NCBI RefSeq assembly: GCF_006345805.1
Contig: NC_043005.1
Location: forward strand, 10,354,001-10,418,000
DNA from: Octopus sinensis
Lineage: Eukaryota
DNA: 64,000 bases
Direction: 5' to 3'
The notes under the pieces are model-generated. The model was given only the letters and a program-made list of their open reading frames with translations, ran no database searches and had not been told where the DNA came from. The translations under genes were made by a program, and so were the position numbers. Below are positions 1-11,113 of this stretch, one piece after another; position 1 is the first letter of the stretch, and every line of letters starts with the position of its first letter.

Positions 1-25
1 ACAGAAAAGGAAAGAAGCCCATTTT

Positions 26-470
26 ATCATCATCATCAAAATTTAATGTATGTTTTCCATTCTGGCATGGGTTGGACAGCTTGACAGAAACTGGCAAAGC
101 CAGGGCCCACACTAGGTTCCATAGTCTGTTTCAGCTTGGTTTCTGCAGCTGGGTGCCCTTCCAAATGCCAACCACTTTACAGAGTGTTCTGAGTGCTTTT
201 CACATATTACCATTACCAGTGCTTTTTATGTGGCACCTTGGTTTTAGGATATCAGTTCTATTGTGGTGAGCAGGCCTTCCTGAATACAGCAATGTGCCAC
301 ATATCTCATTCTTCTGTCATCTCCTTTGTAAGGCTCAGTGTTTTGAGATAAGCCTTCAATACTGTGTCCCATGTTTTCCTGGGTCTCCCTCTCCCACAAC
401 TTGCTTCCACTTTAAGTGATTGGCACTTCTCTATGCAACTGTCTCATCCATGTATTCCAGTATTTTCTCA
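26..470 (-). mobile_element. 3' end of RTE-clade LINE (ORF2 C-terminus + 3'UTR + (GAT)n tail), decayed
   Basis: Minus strand reads ...SCIEKCQSLKVEASCGRGRPRKTWDTVLKAYLKTLSLTKEMTEE*DMWHIAV, with the RTE-type GRPRKTW motif. It is followed by the 3'UTR family seen elsewhere in the window and a (CAT)n tail on + at 26-37. Confidence 0.8.
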
Positions 471-1164
471 TCTTCTTAATGTTCTAAGTTTGAATTTGAA
501 AAACTATATATTTAAAATTAGCAAGAGTAGGAAAATTAACAATAATGAGCAGACTTGTCTTTCTCGTGTGAAATTTTCTACGATGCTTTTTGATGCATCG
601 ATTTATCCTCAGTTTGGTTTCCATTGGGAGTTCGAGCCCTTAAGATTATAAAGACATGCAAAATGAATCAACTTAATTTTGTATTGATCAACAAAAAGAT
701 AATAGCGCAAGTAACATTTATGTGATGGCCTTGAAGGTGGCCGTAGTGATGATGAAGATGGTGTTGGTGTCTGTAATAATATCTAACCTCCCAGATCTGT
801 AACAGCCATTGGGAAAATTCAAAACCTCTGTGCAAGTGTTATGTTGTGGCCTGAAGCAATAAACTTGGGCAATGTGAGGAATATATAATGAAATCATCGA
901 TTCTCTTCATCATCACAAGTAATTCAGTTTTTTAAGAAAATCATCATCATCATCATGATTACCATCACCACTACTACCAAAACCTTAATAAATGAAGGAT
1001 AAAACCTCTATGTGGTTTCACAAACTGATAGAAATAACTTCCAATTGTCCTTTAAACCAGCATCTATAATTTTAAAGAAACTACAGCCACATTAAATAAT
1101 GGAGTCCTACCTACAATATTTAAGTTGCTGATAACATATTTAATTCAAGGCGCATTGATAAACA

Positions 1165-1570
1165 TAGGCGCAGGAATGGCTGTGTGGTAAGTAGCTTGCT
1201 AACCAGCCACATGGTTCCGGATTCAGTCCCACTGCGTGGCACCTTGGGCAAGTGTCTTCTACTATAGCCTCAGGCCGACCAATGCCTTGTGAGTGGATTT
1301 GGTAGACGGAAACTGAAAGAAGCCCGTCGCATATATGTATATATATATATATATGTGTGTGTGTGTTTGTGTGTCTGTGTTTGTCCCCCTAGCATTGCTT
1401 GACAACCTATGCTGGCGTGTTTATGTCCCTGTCACTTAGCGGTTCAGCAAAAGAGACTGATAGAATAAGTACTGGGCTTACAAAGAATAAGTCCTTGGGT
1501 CTAGTTGCTCGACTAAAGGTGGTGCTCCAGCATGGCCGCAGTCAAATGACTGAAACAAGTAAAAGAGTAA
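1165..1570 (+). mobile_element. SINE family A (tRNA-type head, internal (TA)n(TG)n, CR1-like 3' end), full length
   Basis: Head GGCGCAGGAATGGCTGTGTGGTAAG with A-box-like TGGCTGTGTGG and a B-box-like motif (GGTTCAGTCCC in most copies, GATTCAGTCCC here). Tail GAAACAAGTAAAAGAG. About 10 near-identical copies in the window. Confidence 0.9.
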
Positions 1571-1762
1571 CTGAAACTAATTATATAGTGAGAAAATAAA
1601 AATGTTTCTAAATAACTATTATTATTTTAAATGTTTTGTCTGATATGACAGACAATGCTAGAAATGTTTAGTTTTATTATAACTTTATCATCAAAGTATT
1701 GACTTTCTTTGCTTGATGAAAATAATAAAAAGACAGGATTGTCATGGCTGAACTGTGTCTAG

Positions 1763-1981
1763 CTTTAGCATTTAAACCGGCCATATCCGGCCAAAAGTAT
1801 TCTGCCTGTTTTATGTTCAAACTGGCCAGATCTGATCTCTCACACCAACCCTACAATATCGTTTTAAAAATTAACAGCTGCCTTATCAAAATCTCAAAGC
1901 TACCAGATAATGCATGATTAATTCAAAGCAATGAGGATGAAAAAGAATTAGTTTTGGTAGAATAATGCGAACACTAAAGGG
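1763..1981 (-). mobile_element. piggyBac-type MITE, copy 1
   Basis: Reverse-complement homologue of 22448-22667. Ends CTAAAGGG|TTAA (TTAA 1982-1985). The other end is degenerate. Confidence 0.7.
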
Positions 1982-2736
1982 TTAAATCAGGGCTGATGTG
2001 AGGCTAAATGACAAAAATAATCACCTCTATCATCATAATTACTATCAGAAGAGTGATTATAACATTTAGGGGTTTTTTATCTCCATGAAATATTTTATCT
2101 GAAAAATAATTTGCTTCTCAGTTTATATCAATTTATATTTTACTTTTAGTAAAAGAACATATTATACAACTGAAAGCTACTAATTTTGAAAGCAATTTCT
2201 GTAACATAATTATTACCTATAACAAATTAAAATTTTCAAGTATATGTAGAATTCTAATCAAATTATAATATTGATAAATATAAACAATAATAGAAATATT
2301 AAAGACAATTGAATTATTTTCTTTGAAAATTATTAATTATTACAATATTTCTATTTGATAAATGTATTTCATTTTCGACTTCATAATATTTCACACATTT
2401 TTAATTGAATAATTGTTAACAATTAACATTGTACATGTATTTTTATTGTAGAAGTTTTTCAATTATCATTGTATTATTCATTACAGTTGTTTTTTATTCC
2501 ATAGCAATTCGGTTGGGCTTACATTTTCATGCTATATTTTGTTCTGTAACCATTTTATAGCCTGACTTTCTTCATGTCATAATGTCGTAAGTTCACATTC
2601 TTCCTAAGTTTAGTTTATTATTTTCAACTGTGTATTTGATTTTGATGAAATTATACCATCCATGTAATTTATCATTTAATTCCACTCCTCTTGCTCAAGT
2701 AGATCATGAGTCTTAAGTATTTCATAGATCTCAGAT

Positions 2737-3143
2737 ACTCTTTTACTCTTTTACTTGTTTCAGTCATTTGACTGCGGCCATGCTGGAGCACCGCCTTTAA
2801 TCAAGCAACTCGACACCGGGACTTATTCTTTTGTAAGCCCAGTACTTATTCTATTGGTCTCTTTTGCCGAACCGCTAAGTAACGGGGACTTAAACACACC
2901 AGCATCGGTTATCAAGCGATGTTGGGGGACAAACACAGACACACAAACACACACACGCATATATATACATATACATATATACGACGGGCTTCTTTTCAGT
3001 TTCCGTCTACCAAATCCACTCACAAGGCTTTGGTCGGCCCGAGGCTATAGTAGAAGACACTTGCCCAAGGTGCCACGCAGTGGGACTGAACCCGGAACCA
3101 TGTGGTTGGTAAACAAGCTACTTACCACACAGCCACTCCTGCG
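2737..3143 (-). mobile_element. SINE family A copy
   Basis: Reverse complement of the 1165-1570 family. ORFs 2755..3150 and 2823..3023 are SINE translations. Confidence 0.9.
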
Positions 3144-3405
3144 ATGTTAACAGAATATTACAATCCACTTTCATCATTTCGCCACTATCTTCACCACCAC
3201 CACCACCACCACTGCCACTACTGTTACTAGAAACACCATCTTTTATGAGTGAACGATTGAGCATTTTTGTGGTTGCTTCAGCTGACAATAGAAGAACCCT
3301 ACGACATATTTCTTTAAAAAAAGAGGGCGCTTTAAATAGTTTTTGGAATATTTACAATTCTTTAATACCCTTTCATTCTACATTGAATTTATATTATATT
3401 TTATA

Positions 3406-3802
3406 TCTTTATATATAAAAGTAAGGTTGTGTGTCTGTCTCCTACGATTTAGATTCCTAACTACTCCCACATTTTGCGGTGCAGTTTAACCAAAACCGGG
3501 TATCTTTTAGTCGTGATTCATATCAAGCCCTTCTGGGTATTAGCGCGCATCTATGATGAGTCTACAATTTAAAAAAAAATTTACCATCATTTTTTTCCAT
3601 TTTAATGCATTTTTTTCGCTATTATATAAGGGAAGTAACTCTCTAAAAATGTCTACGATGAGTCAACGATTTAAAAAAATTTACCATCATTCTTTTTCCA
3701 TTTTTAATGCATTTTTTTGCTATTTTTTGGCTATAACTCTCTAAAAATGCTTATATAGTTATTTCCCTTACAAACCCGAGCAACGCCGGGTGATACTGCT
3801 AG
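3406..3802 (+). mobile_element. Non-autonomous Helitron, copy 1
   Basis: 5' TC at 3406. Subterminal GC hairpin CCCGAGCAACGCCGGG (3775-3790). 3' CTAG (3799-3802). Inserted between A3405 and T3803 with no TSD. Confidence 0.85.
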
Positions 3803-4559
3803 TAACATATATGCTAATTCTAATCTTACTTCCACTTTCAATTTTCTTTATTTGTATGAATAATTATTTTACGAAGTTACTTATCTTTTAAGCATCCCAA
3901 TTTTCCTCTTAATTCATAAATATTAAACTGCATTAATGATGTCACAAAAGTTTGAAATTAATTCCTGATTATTAAAATATCCACTTGAGAATCATGTTAA
4001 CAATATTTATGAAAATAATTTTAAATATTTAATAACATAGTTTGAAAATATCAGGATATAATGAGCGAATCCATGACTAGAAAATGCGTATTTAATTAAT
4101 GATAATGAAGCTAAGCTGTTAACAAGATGAATATTTTCATCCAAATTCACATTCAAGCCTGGAATACATTCAGCTTTTGTATTATCTAATGATTACAGTT
4201 AAACACAAACTACTAAAGGATGAAAATGATTTTTTTATTCATTTATTTAAACAATACTTAAATAAGGTAGATTTGAGTAGGAAGTTCAAAAAGATGAGTT
4301 TTTTTTCATAGTGTTTTTGTTATCTACTTTATTAAATATTCCAACATTATCTTATGATACGATAATTATTTCATTATTATTATTATTATTCAAAAAAAAT
4401 TTAATCAACTTCAGGAAATATTTCATATTATACAAGTTATATATTTAATTTGTCAAAGAGGGTGGGAGAGTAACTATGACTTTTAAAGGCCATTCATTCA
4501 TCCCAGAATAGTGGGATTCCTGTAGTCAGTATTTGAACTTTTGTAGATCAATGTATACC

Positions 4560-4826
4560 TGAAAAATTTAGGCAAATGCTTGGTGGGGAGAAATTTCAGA
4601 GGATTGCAATTCTTGGAGAAAGGATTAAGGAAGTATTTAAAGTGGAAACTGGGAGTTGAGATGCAGTATGATTGATAAGAAAAGGAAATCTTCTATAGGA
4701 TTGGGTAGAAGTGATTTATTGCTAAGTAATTCAGAGGGATGGAAACCATTGCAGCAACAGTTGAAACCAAAAAAGGGAGAGGAAACAGCATAACGTTTGT
4801 AGAGTGTTGGCGAGTGAATATTTGCC
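4560..4826 (-). mobile_element. Highly decayed L2/CR1-group LINE C-terminal fragment
   Basis: Minus strand AATCCTTTCTCCAAGAATTGCAATCCTCTGAAATTTCTCCCCACC resembles the NSFFPRTAILWNSLP-type C-terminal motif, with stops and frameshifts. Confidence 0.45.
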
Positions 4827-7711
4827 TTGTTTTAAATACAGTGTTAAATACAATGTTTCATCATCACCTGATTTAACATCACCACCTTGCTCTCAATTGC
4901 TTTTAGAAGAGCCCTCTCTCATTTAGGCTAGCTCTCCAATCTCTGGTCTAAGGATAACTTCTCCCACTTGCTTTGAGTGTCTTCAAAAAAGTCATGGGTA
5001 CTGACTTGCCTCCTTTTATTAATCATTAAATAAATAAAACTGGAAGTCAAACTGTTTCTAATTAGGTTGGCTCTAGAAAGTAAGAATCAGCATACGGAGC
5101 TCCTTGTTTTGCTTATTGTAGAATAAAGCCCTTTATTTTTTTTACTTATAAGCATTGACTTTCTGACATGAAGATCTGAATCAGCTAATAAATTGAGAAT
5201 TAATGATGCAAGAGTTATCCTAGAGATGAAGGTTCTAAAAGATGAAAGCTTTATATGAAAATGATATGAAATTGATGTCTGCTTTGCCTAAATACTAAAA
5301 TAAAAAAAGTGGGGATAATGAATTGGAATTAATGATAAAATCTGTTACAAAAGTGAGATATCAGGTTCATCATGTTAGCAAATTGGTGTTTTAACTCTAT
5401 CATAACCAAAATTTTCATATGCAGATGGATAGTGGTGGCTTTATATTTAGAAATCTGAAGATTAATCTTATTTATTCAGTTTTTATAGAAGAAAAATAAA
5501 ATTTTAATACTTCTAAACTAAGCTATAGTATATGATAACAATATTGAGAAAAATAATGATTAGAAAAATATTTCACTTCATAATCATAAGCTTTGTAAAG
5601 AGCAGCTGCAATTTCAGACTCTTGAAATTCTTCAAAGAAAGAAAGAAACTATGTTTTCAAAACTATCTACTTGACTAATTTTTAAGCTTGATTTATAAAA
5701 TGTTTTAAATACTTGCTGGAAAGTTCATTTTAACTTAATTGAAAACCTACTTGCAGTGAGATGGACAATCATATTGTGTAGTGATACCAAACTATAATAT
5801 AATGGTACAGAAACTAATGAAACTCAAAACCAACTTATACAAAGTAATACAAATTATACTAAACATGATATAATGGTACCATAACTGTATCCTGAAAGTT
5901 TTCCATTTACGTTGTTAAGCTTTGTTACTGATAACCACTCAAGAATTACTCAAATTTCAAGACCTACCTATAAAATGTCCAGTTTATAAAGAAGTACTTA
6001 AAAATAAATTCAAAGTTTCGGTAGTTGTATACTGGAAAACTGAAGTGAAATAATCTAAGGAACTTATTAATTTTACTTTTTAAAATATTTCAGGCCTTTT
6101 TGCAGTTTTTTTTTTTTTTTCATCAGGTGTGGTTAGACCACACTGATGGTGTCTTGCTAACTTTACATCTCATTCCTCATTATCACAACATATTGTTACC
6201 TTGAAGATTTATTCAGTTTGAAGCTCCATAAGGTTTTACATCCCTTATGATTTAATATGTTTGGTCCTATTGTAATTTATTGTAATTAACACTATATCAT
6301 CTGATGACTAGGATGCTTATAACAGAATTCCCTCTGTTGCAAGCATTCCAGTTTGGCTTCTGGTTTGGGGATTACTTCCTCCCTCCAGCTTACTCATTCC
6401 AGAGATCCTGTAAAAGGCCTCAATGTTTTGCCTTCTGACTAAAAGATGTAACAAAAAATTGCTTTTTTTCTTTTTTGCAAGTTGTGTGGAATAATGTTTA
6501 CATAAATCTATCTGTATATATTAATTCTTCCAACTGCACTACTCAAACATTTTGATCTAATCTTTGTTCTTCAAAATAAGATAGTAGCTGTGTAATTTAA
6601 AGCTAACAAACTGTTTTAGTTAATATAATATGTAAATTAAAATTATCAAAGTGGATATTATATATACAAATACATCACTTTTATATTGAAGTTTAAAAGT
6701 GTGAAGGGAAATTCTATAGCATCCACACTTATGTCAGTCTCAACCTCTCCCATTCTTGAAATATGATCAATGACAAGGACCCACAAGGGGGTTGCATTAA
6801 TTTCTTGAAAAAATACAAACAACAAAATTTGCCTCAAATTACACCCTGACATTATAAAAAATAAAAGCTATTTGGATAATGTGTTACTAAATAAGCTATA
6901 ATCAAAAAGACTCGCTTAGTTGATTACTTTTTCAAATTCTCTCATTAGAGCTGAACAGAATTTAAAAAACAAGACAGTTCAGCTTCTATTAGATTTCATA
7001 TTATATTTCATTTTTCACATGCATGGCATGGAGGGAGAGGGGAACAAATTACTGTATATGATTATGTTGAACAGATAATCAATAGCTTTTAGAATTATTA
7101 TTTTCTTCCAAAGTCCCAATAGCAATTTAGAACCCATATGCATTATAGATTCCTGATACTATGACTACTGGCATCGGCTGGTAAATGGTAAAGCAATTGT
7201 GAGAAATTTACTGTTTATATATCTTGTTTAATATTGGTAGCTAAGAGTTAAAGGGACATAACTATATTTTAACTCAAAAATACAAAATTAACTGCCACTT
7301 GTTTTCTTTTATAATTGAGATATATTACTTTCCCATTTTGGATACAAAATGTATAACATAGACTTAAATGCACACATACTTTCGGTCACACACACACACA
7401 CAAAACAAAATATGATTTCTTATGTGTCCTTGCCAACTATTCATTGCAAATAAGTAACTTCTTGATGGTAATTAAAAATTTCTTTATAATCAGTTTTTAT
7501 TTTATTTATGTATTTATGTAAATTATTGTTTAGCTAAGGATATATGAAGAATAATTTTGGAATAAATGAAATAATGTTATCTATGTTTCTAGAATTGACT
7601 ATATATATATATTGGGTAGGACTATATGTGTATACTTATTGGATATTTATTTACATGTAATACATACACTTATACACACACACATATGTATGCATGTGTA
7701 TGTATACAAAT

Positions 7712-7864
7712 ATGACACTGCATCCTTTAAGGCCCTCATGCTTTCCGAAATCTGCCGAAACTACACCTGATTATACATACACTTTAGATGAGTTGTAGTG
7801 CACCTGAGCACTGTACACAATGTTTTTATTATTATTATTATTATTATTATATTATTATTATTAT
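7712..7864 (+). mobile_element. CR1 family 2, 3' terminal fragment with (ATT)n tail
   Basis: Near-identical to 28100-28243 (GAGTTGTAGTGCACCTGAGCACTGTACACAAT + (ATT)n). Confidence 0.85.
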
Positions 7865-8670
7865 ATGCATGTACGCAATTTTCTACATACTTGTTTCATT
7901 CAATTTTACGCCAAATTTTCCATGTTGGCACAGGCTAGACAAATATATTATGGAGAAATTATTTTACAGCTAGATGTTCTTGATTCCTTTAACTAATATT
8001 TACATGCTTTTCAAGTAAGGGATCTTTTATTCCACATATCTTTGGAAACTTTATGCCAGTGAACACACCATTGAAAAGAAAAGGAAACACACACACACAC
8101 ACACACACATAGACAGACATATGTTTCTCTATGGGTGTGTGTATATGCAGAAGGTATAAAAGGGAATTACGTATAAAATAAGTTATATGAGGGTATATGC
8201 AGTGTGTTATGTATTATATATTTTTCATATATATATACTGATATATTGTGTGTATGTGTGTGTGTGCATGCAAATATATATTTTTTTCTGTGCTTTCTAT
8301 ACTTTTCCATGACAGAATAGCTGAAATTATGATACTAGATATTACTCATTCTTGCATATCAACACGTCTCTACAGCAGATCATTGCTATGTACTTCCATA
8401 TAAAAAAACAAAAACAAATAATGTTAATAGTAATGATAAAAATAATAAAGTAATGTAGCTTACTTTGGTTTACTGTGCCTCACTTTGCTCCTACTTTATG
8501 ATTGAGTGGTTTGTAAAATGAAGGGGTTATCCAGATGTGAAATAAGAATGCTTTATCTGTATGTCATCTTGGACATCACATACAAATGGAATAACATACT
8601 GTTGCCTTTTCTTTTTTGATTTTTTCCTTCTGCACTTGCATGCTAGCATAAGTCAAAAGGTTATGAATAT

Positions 8671-9086
8671 ATAGGCGCAGGAGTGGCTGTGTGGTAAGTA
8701 GCTTGCTAACCAACCACATGGTTCCGGGTTCAGTCCCACTGCGTGGCATCTTGGGCAAGTGTCTTCTGCTATAGCCCCGGGCCGACCAATGCCTTGTGAG
8801 TGGATTTGGTAGACGGAAACTGAAAGAAGCCTGTCGTATATATGTATATATATATATATATGTATGTGTGTATCTGTGTTTGTGTGTCTGTGTTTGTCCC
8901 CCTAGCATTGCTTGACAGCCGATGCTGGTGTGTTTACATCTCCATCACTTAGCGGTTCGGCAAAAGAGACTGATAGAATAAGTACTGGGCTTACAAAGAA
9001 TAAGTCCCGGGGTCGATTTGCTCGACTAAAGGCGGTGCTCCAGCATGGCCGCAGTCAAATGACTGAAACAAGTAAAAGAGTAAAAG
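8671..9086 (+). mobile_element. SINE family A copy
   Basis: Full head, internal (TA)n(TG)n, and GTAAAAGAG tail. Confidence 0.9.
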
Positions 9087-9422
9087 ATTAAAGATATTAG
9101 GTCTTTTACATGAGCTGATCAGCCAGAATGGCCATCTTAAAAAATATTCCCTTAAAAGTTTAACAAACATGGATTTAGACCAATGGTGGGTTGGAGGACT
9201 GTACTGGGTTACTTGATCAACTAGAAATAATAACAAAATCTCACTCAAATCACATCCTACTGCCTTTAAGAAAGAAAAGAATACACTGGATAATGTAGTT
9301 TGGATATTTCTAAAATTACAATGTAGGCGCAGGCATTCTTGACCTGATTGCTAAACAACAACTAAAGTATTATGTCTCATAATTAAGTGTATGTATGCAT
9401 GTGTGTGCATATATATGCACAA

Positions 9423-9455
<33 letters not shown>

Positions 9456-9715
9456 CACACACTCACATACATATATTGTAAAGTTCTAGTCAACAACATG
9501 AACTTTGTAATAAATTTGATATCACACTTCACATTGAGTCATCTTATCAATATGTATCTATATATCTATATCAAAATAAGCAACACGGAGTCATTCTTGT
9601 TGCTTATTTTGATTATAATCACCCCATGGATTTTTATGGATAACACCATGCAGAATTCTGGTGCATCTAAATTAAGTACCATATTCATTTGAATCTAAAT
9701 TTTTGCTGAACCTAT

Positions 9716-9746
9716 ATATATATATATCTATATATATATATTATAT

Positions 9747-9809
<63 letters not shown>

Positions 9810-9920
9810 ATGTATGTATACATATATTTATATATCTTTGTGTATATATAAGTATATGTACATGTATGTATATATATATGTATGTATGTCACACACACAC
9901 ACATATATGCATGCACACAC
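9716..9920. repeat. Compound (TA)n/(TG)n/(TATG)n/(CA)n microsatellite
   Basis: Direct inspection. Source of the YIYI ORFs 9703..9954 and 9728..9922. Confidence 0.95.
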
Positions 9921-10033
9921 ACACTTACACATAGATGTACATATGTACCTATAATTGACAGTAACTGATGATATTCCTTATATATATATATATATATATA
10001 TTTATTTATTAATGTTTATTTATTAATATTTAA

Positions 10034-10138
10034 TATTTATCAGAAGTAACCAACTTACTCAAGGTCCAAGAGTTTTGTGCGTTGGCACTTGGCACGAAGC
10101 TCTCAGACCTTGAGTCAGCCTCTTACTTCTGCTAAATA
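10034..10138. ncRNA. Candidate pri-/pre-miRNA-like hairpin (strand undetermined)
   Basis: Positions i and 20172-i pair from 10034 to 10080: 37 Watson-Crick pairs of 47, plus 2 GU on + or 4 GU on -. No bulges, 11-nt loop. Not seen elsewhere in the window. Confidence 0.45.
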
Positions 10139-10226
10139 CTAAATATCAATAGAGATATACATATACTCATATTTTGAGTTCTAGATTTCCTATTTGCACC
10201 AACTTACCTGTGTATATATATATATA

Positions 10227-10440
10227 GATCGCCATGTTGATTCGCTAGCATCTACACACATTTTTTTTCTCTCCTTGTTTCTCTCCGTGTTTCTTTTCTG
10301 TGTATCTTTCTGTTGAAGAGCATAGGCTCGAAACGTAAAAGACTTGTTTTATTGATATTCCTGAGCGCCATACTAATACAATTGTCTGTTTGTATTCCAC
10401 CTGCCTTCGTATTTTGTTTATTTTCATAAAGCTTCCCGTT
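10227..10440 (+). mobile_element. Penelope-like terminal repeat fragment embedded in (TA)n
   Basis: Flanked both sides by (TA)n. Carries the hammerhead-like motif TCTTT-CTGTTGAAG-AGCATAGGCT-CGAAACGTA-AAAGA. A related copy lies at 17739-17950. Confidence 0.6.
10305..10342 (+). ncRNA. Minimal type I hammerhead ribozyme-like motif
   Basis: Stem I TCTTT(10305-09)/AAAGA(10338-42). Core CTGTTGAA. Stem II GAGC/GCTC with ATAG loop. GAAA, then palindromic ACGT. Predicted cut after GUA at 10337. Core A6 is U. Confidence 0.55.
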
Positions 10441-11047
10441 ATATATATATATATAATATATATATATATATATACTACAACTGCTATTGTGCTGGATCTC
10501 TGAGCAAGATGCTTTATTCCACTGGTGTGTTTGTTCAAAAAGTCAAATAAACAACTAAAATACAGGTCCCACTCCACTCTATCTTATTCATTTGAGTAGT
10601 TAGCAAGGGCATCCATGCAGTTGTACAAATAATTGGTATGACAAAAACAAGAATGAAAAAATAAAAAAAAAATACTAATTATTTCTGAAATGTGTTATGT
10701 CATCCAATGTAAGGTCTAATGAATTTCTTTATGTGAAGAAAAATATATTTCTATAGCTGAACTTCATTTCCTGTTATAGAAACACAAATCTCTCCTGCAT
10801 GTTCTTAATATCTTCCAAGTTCTTATGAGTTATAAGATTCTTGACACAATATAAGCAATTACTTTCCCTATCAAAGATTTCCAACTAACCAAATACTATT
10901 TCTTACTCTTTGTTGTATTAGCACTTTCAGTGATAGAATTTTTCTATTTATCCTCTTTGTCAATGATATATAACTTGTCAAGTAGATTTCCAATAATCAT
11001 TTCTGTTCCATAAAACCTATAAGATTAGCTTTTCCCAACACTCTCTT

Positions 11048-11113
<66 letters not shown>

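Noticed and set aside
1165-1250. tRNA-like heads (also at 18268 and 39029)
   Set aside because: A/B boxes are present but there is no complete cloverleaf; they are SINE heads.
6121-6148. Short hairpins here and at 6314-6345, 25073-25097, 28732-28778 and 33451-33480
   Set aside because: Stems of 8-12 bp are too short for miRNA precursors and are expected by chance or are SINE-derived.
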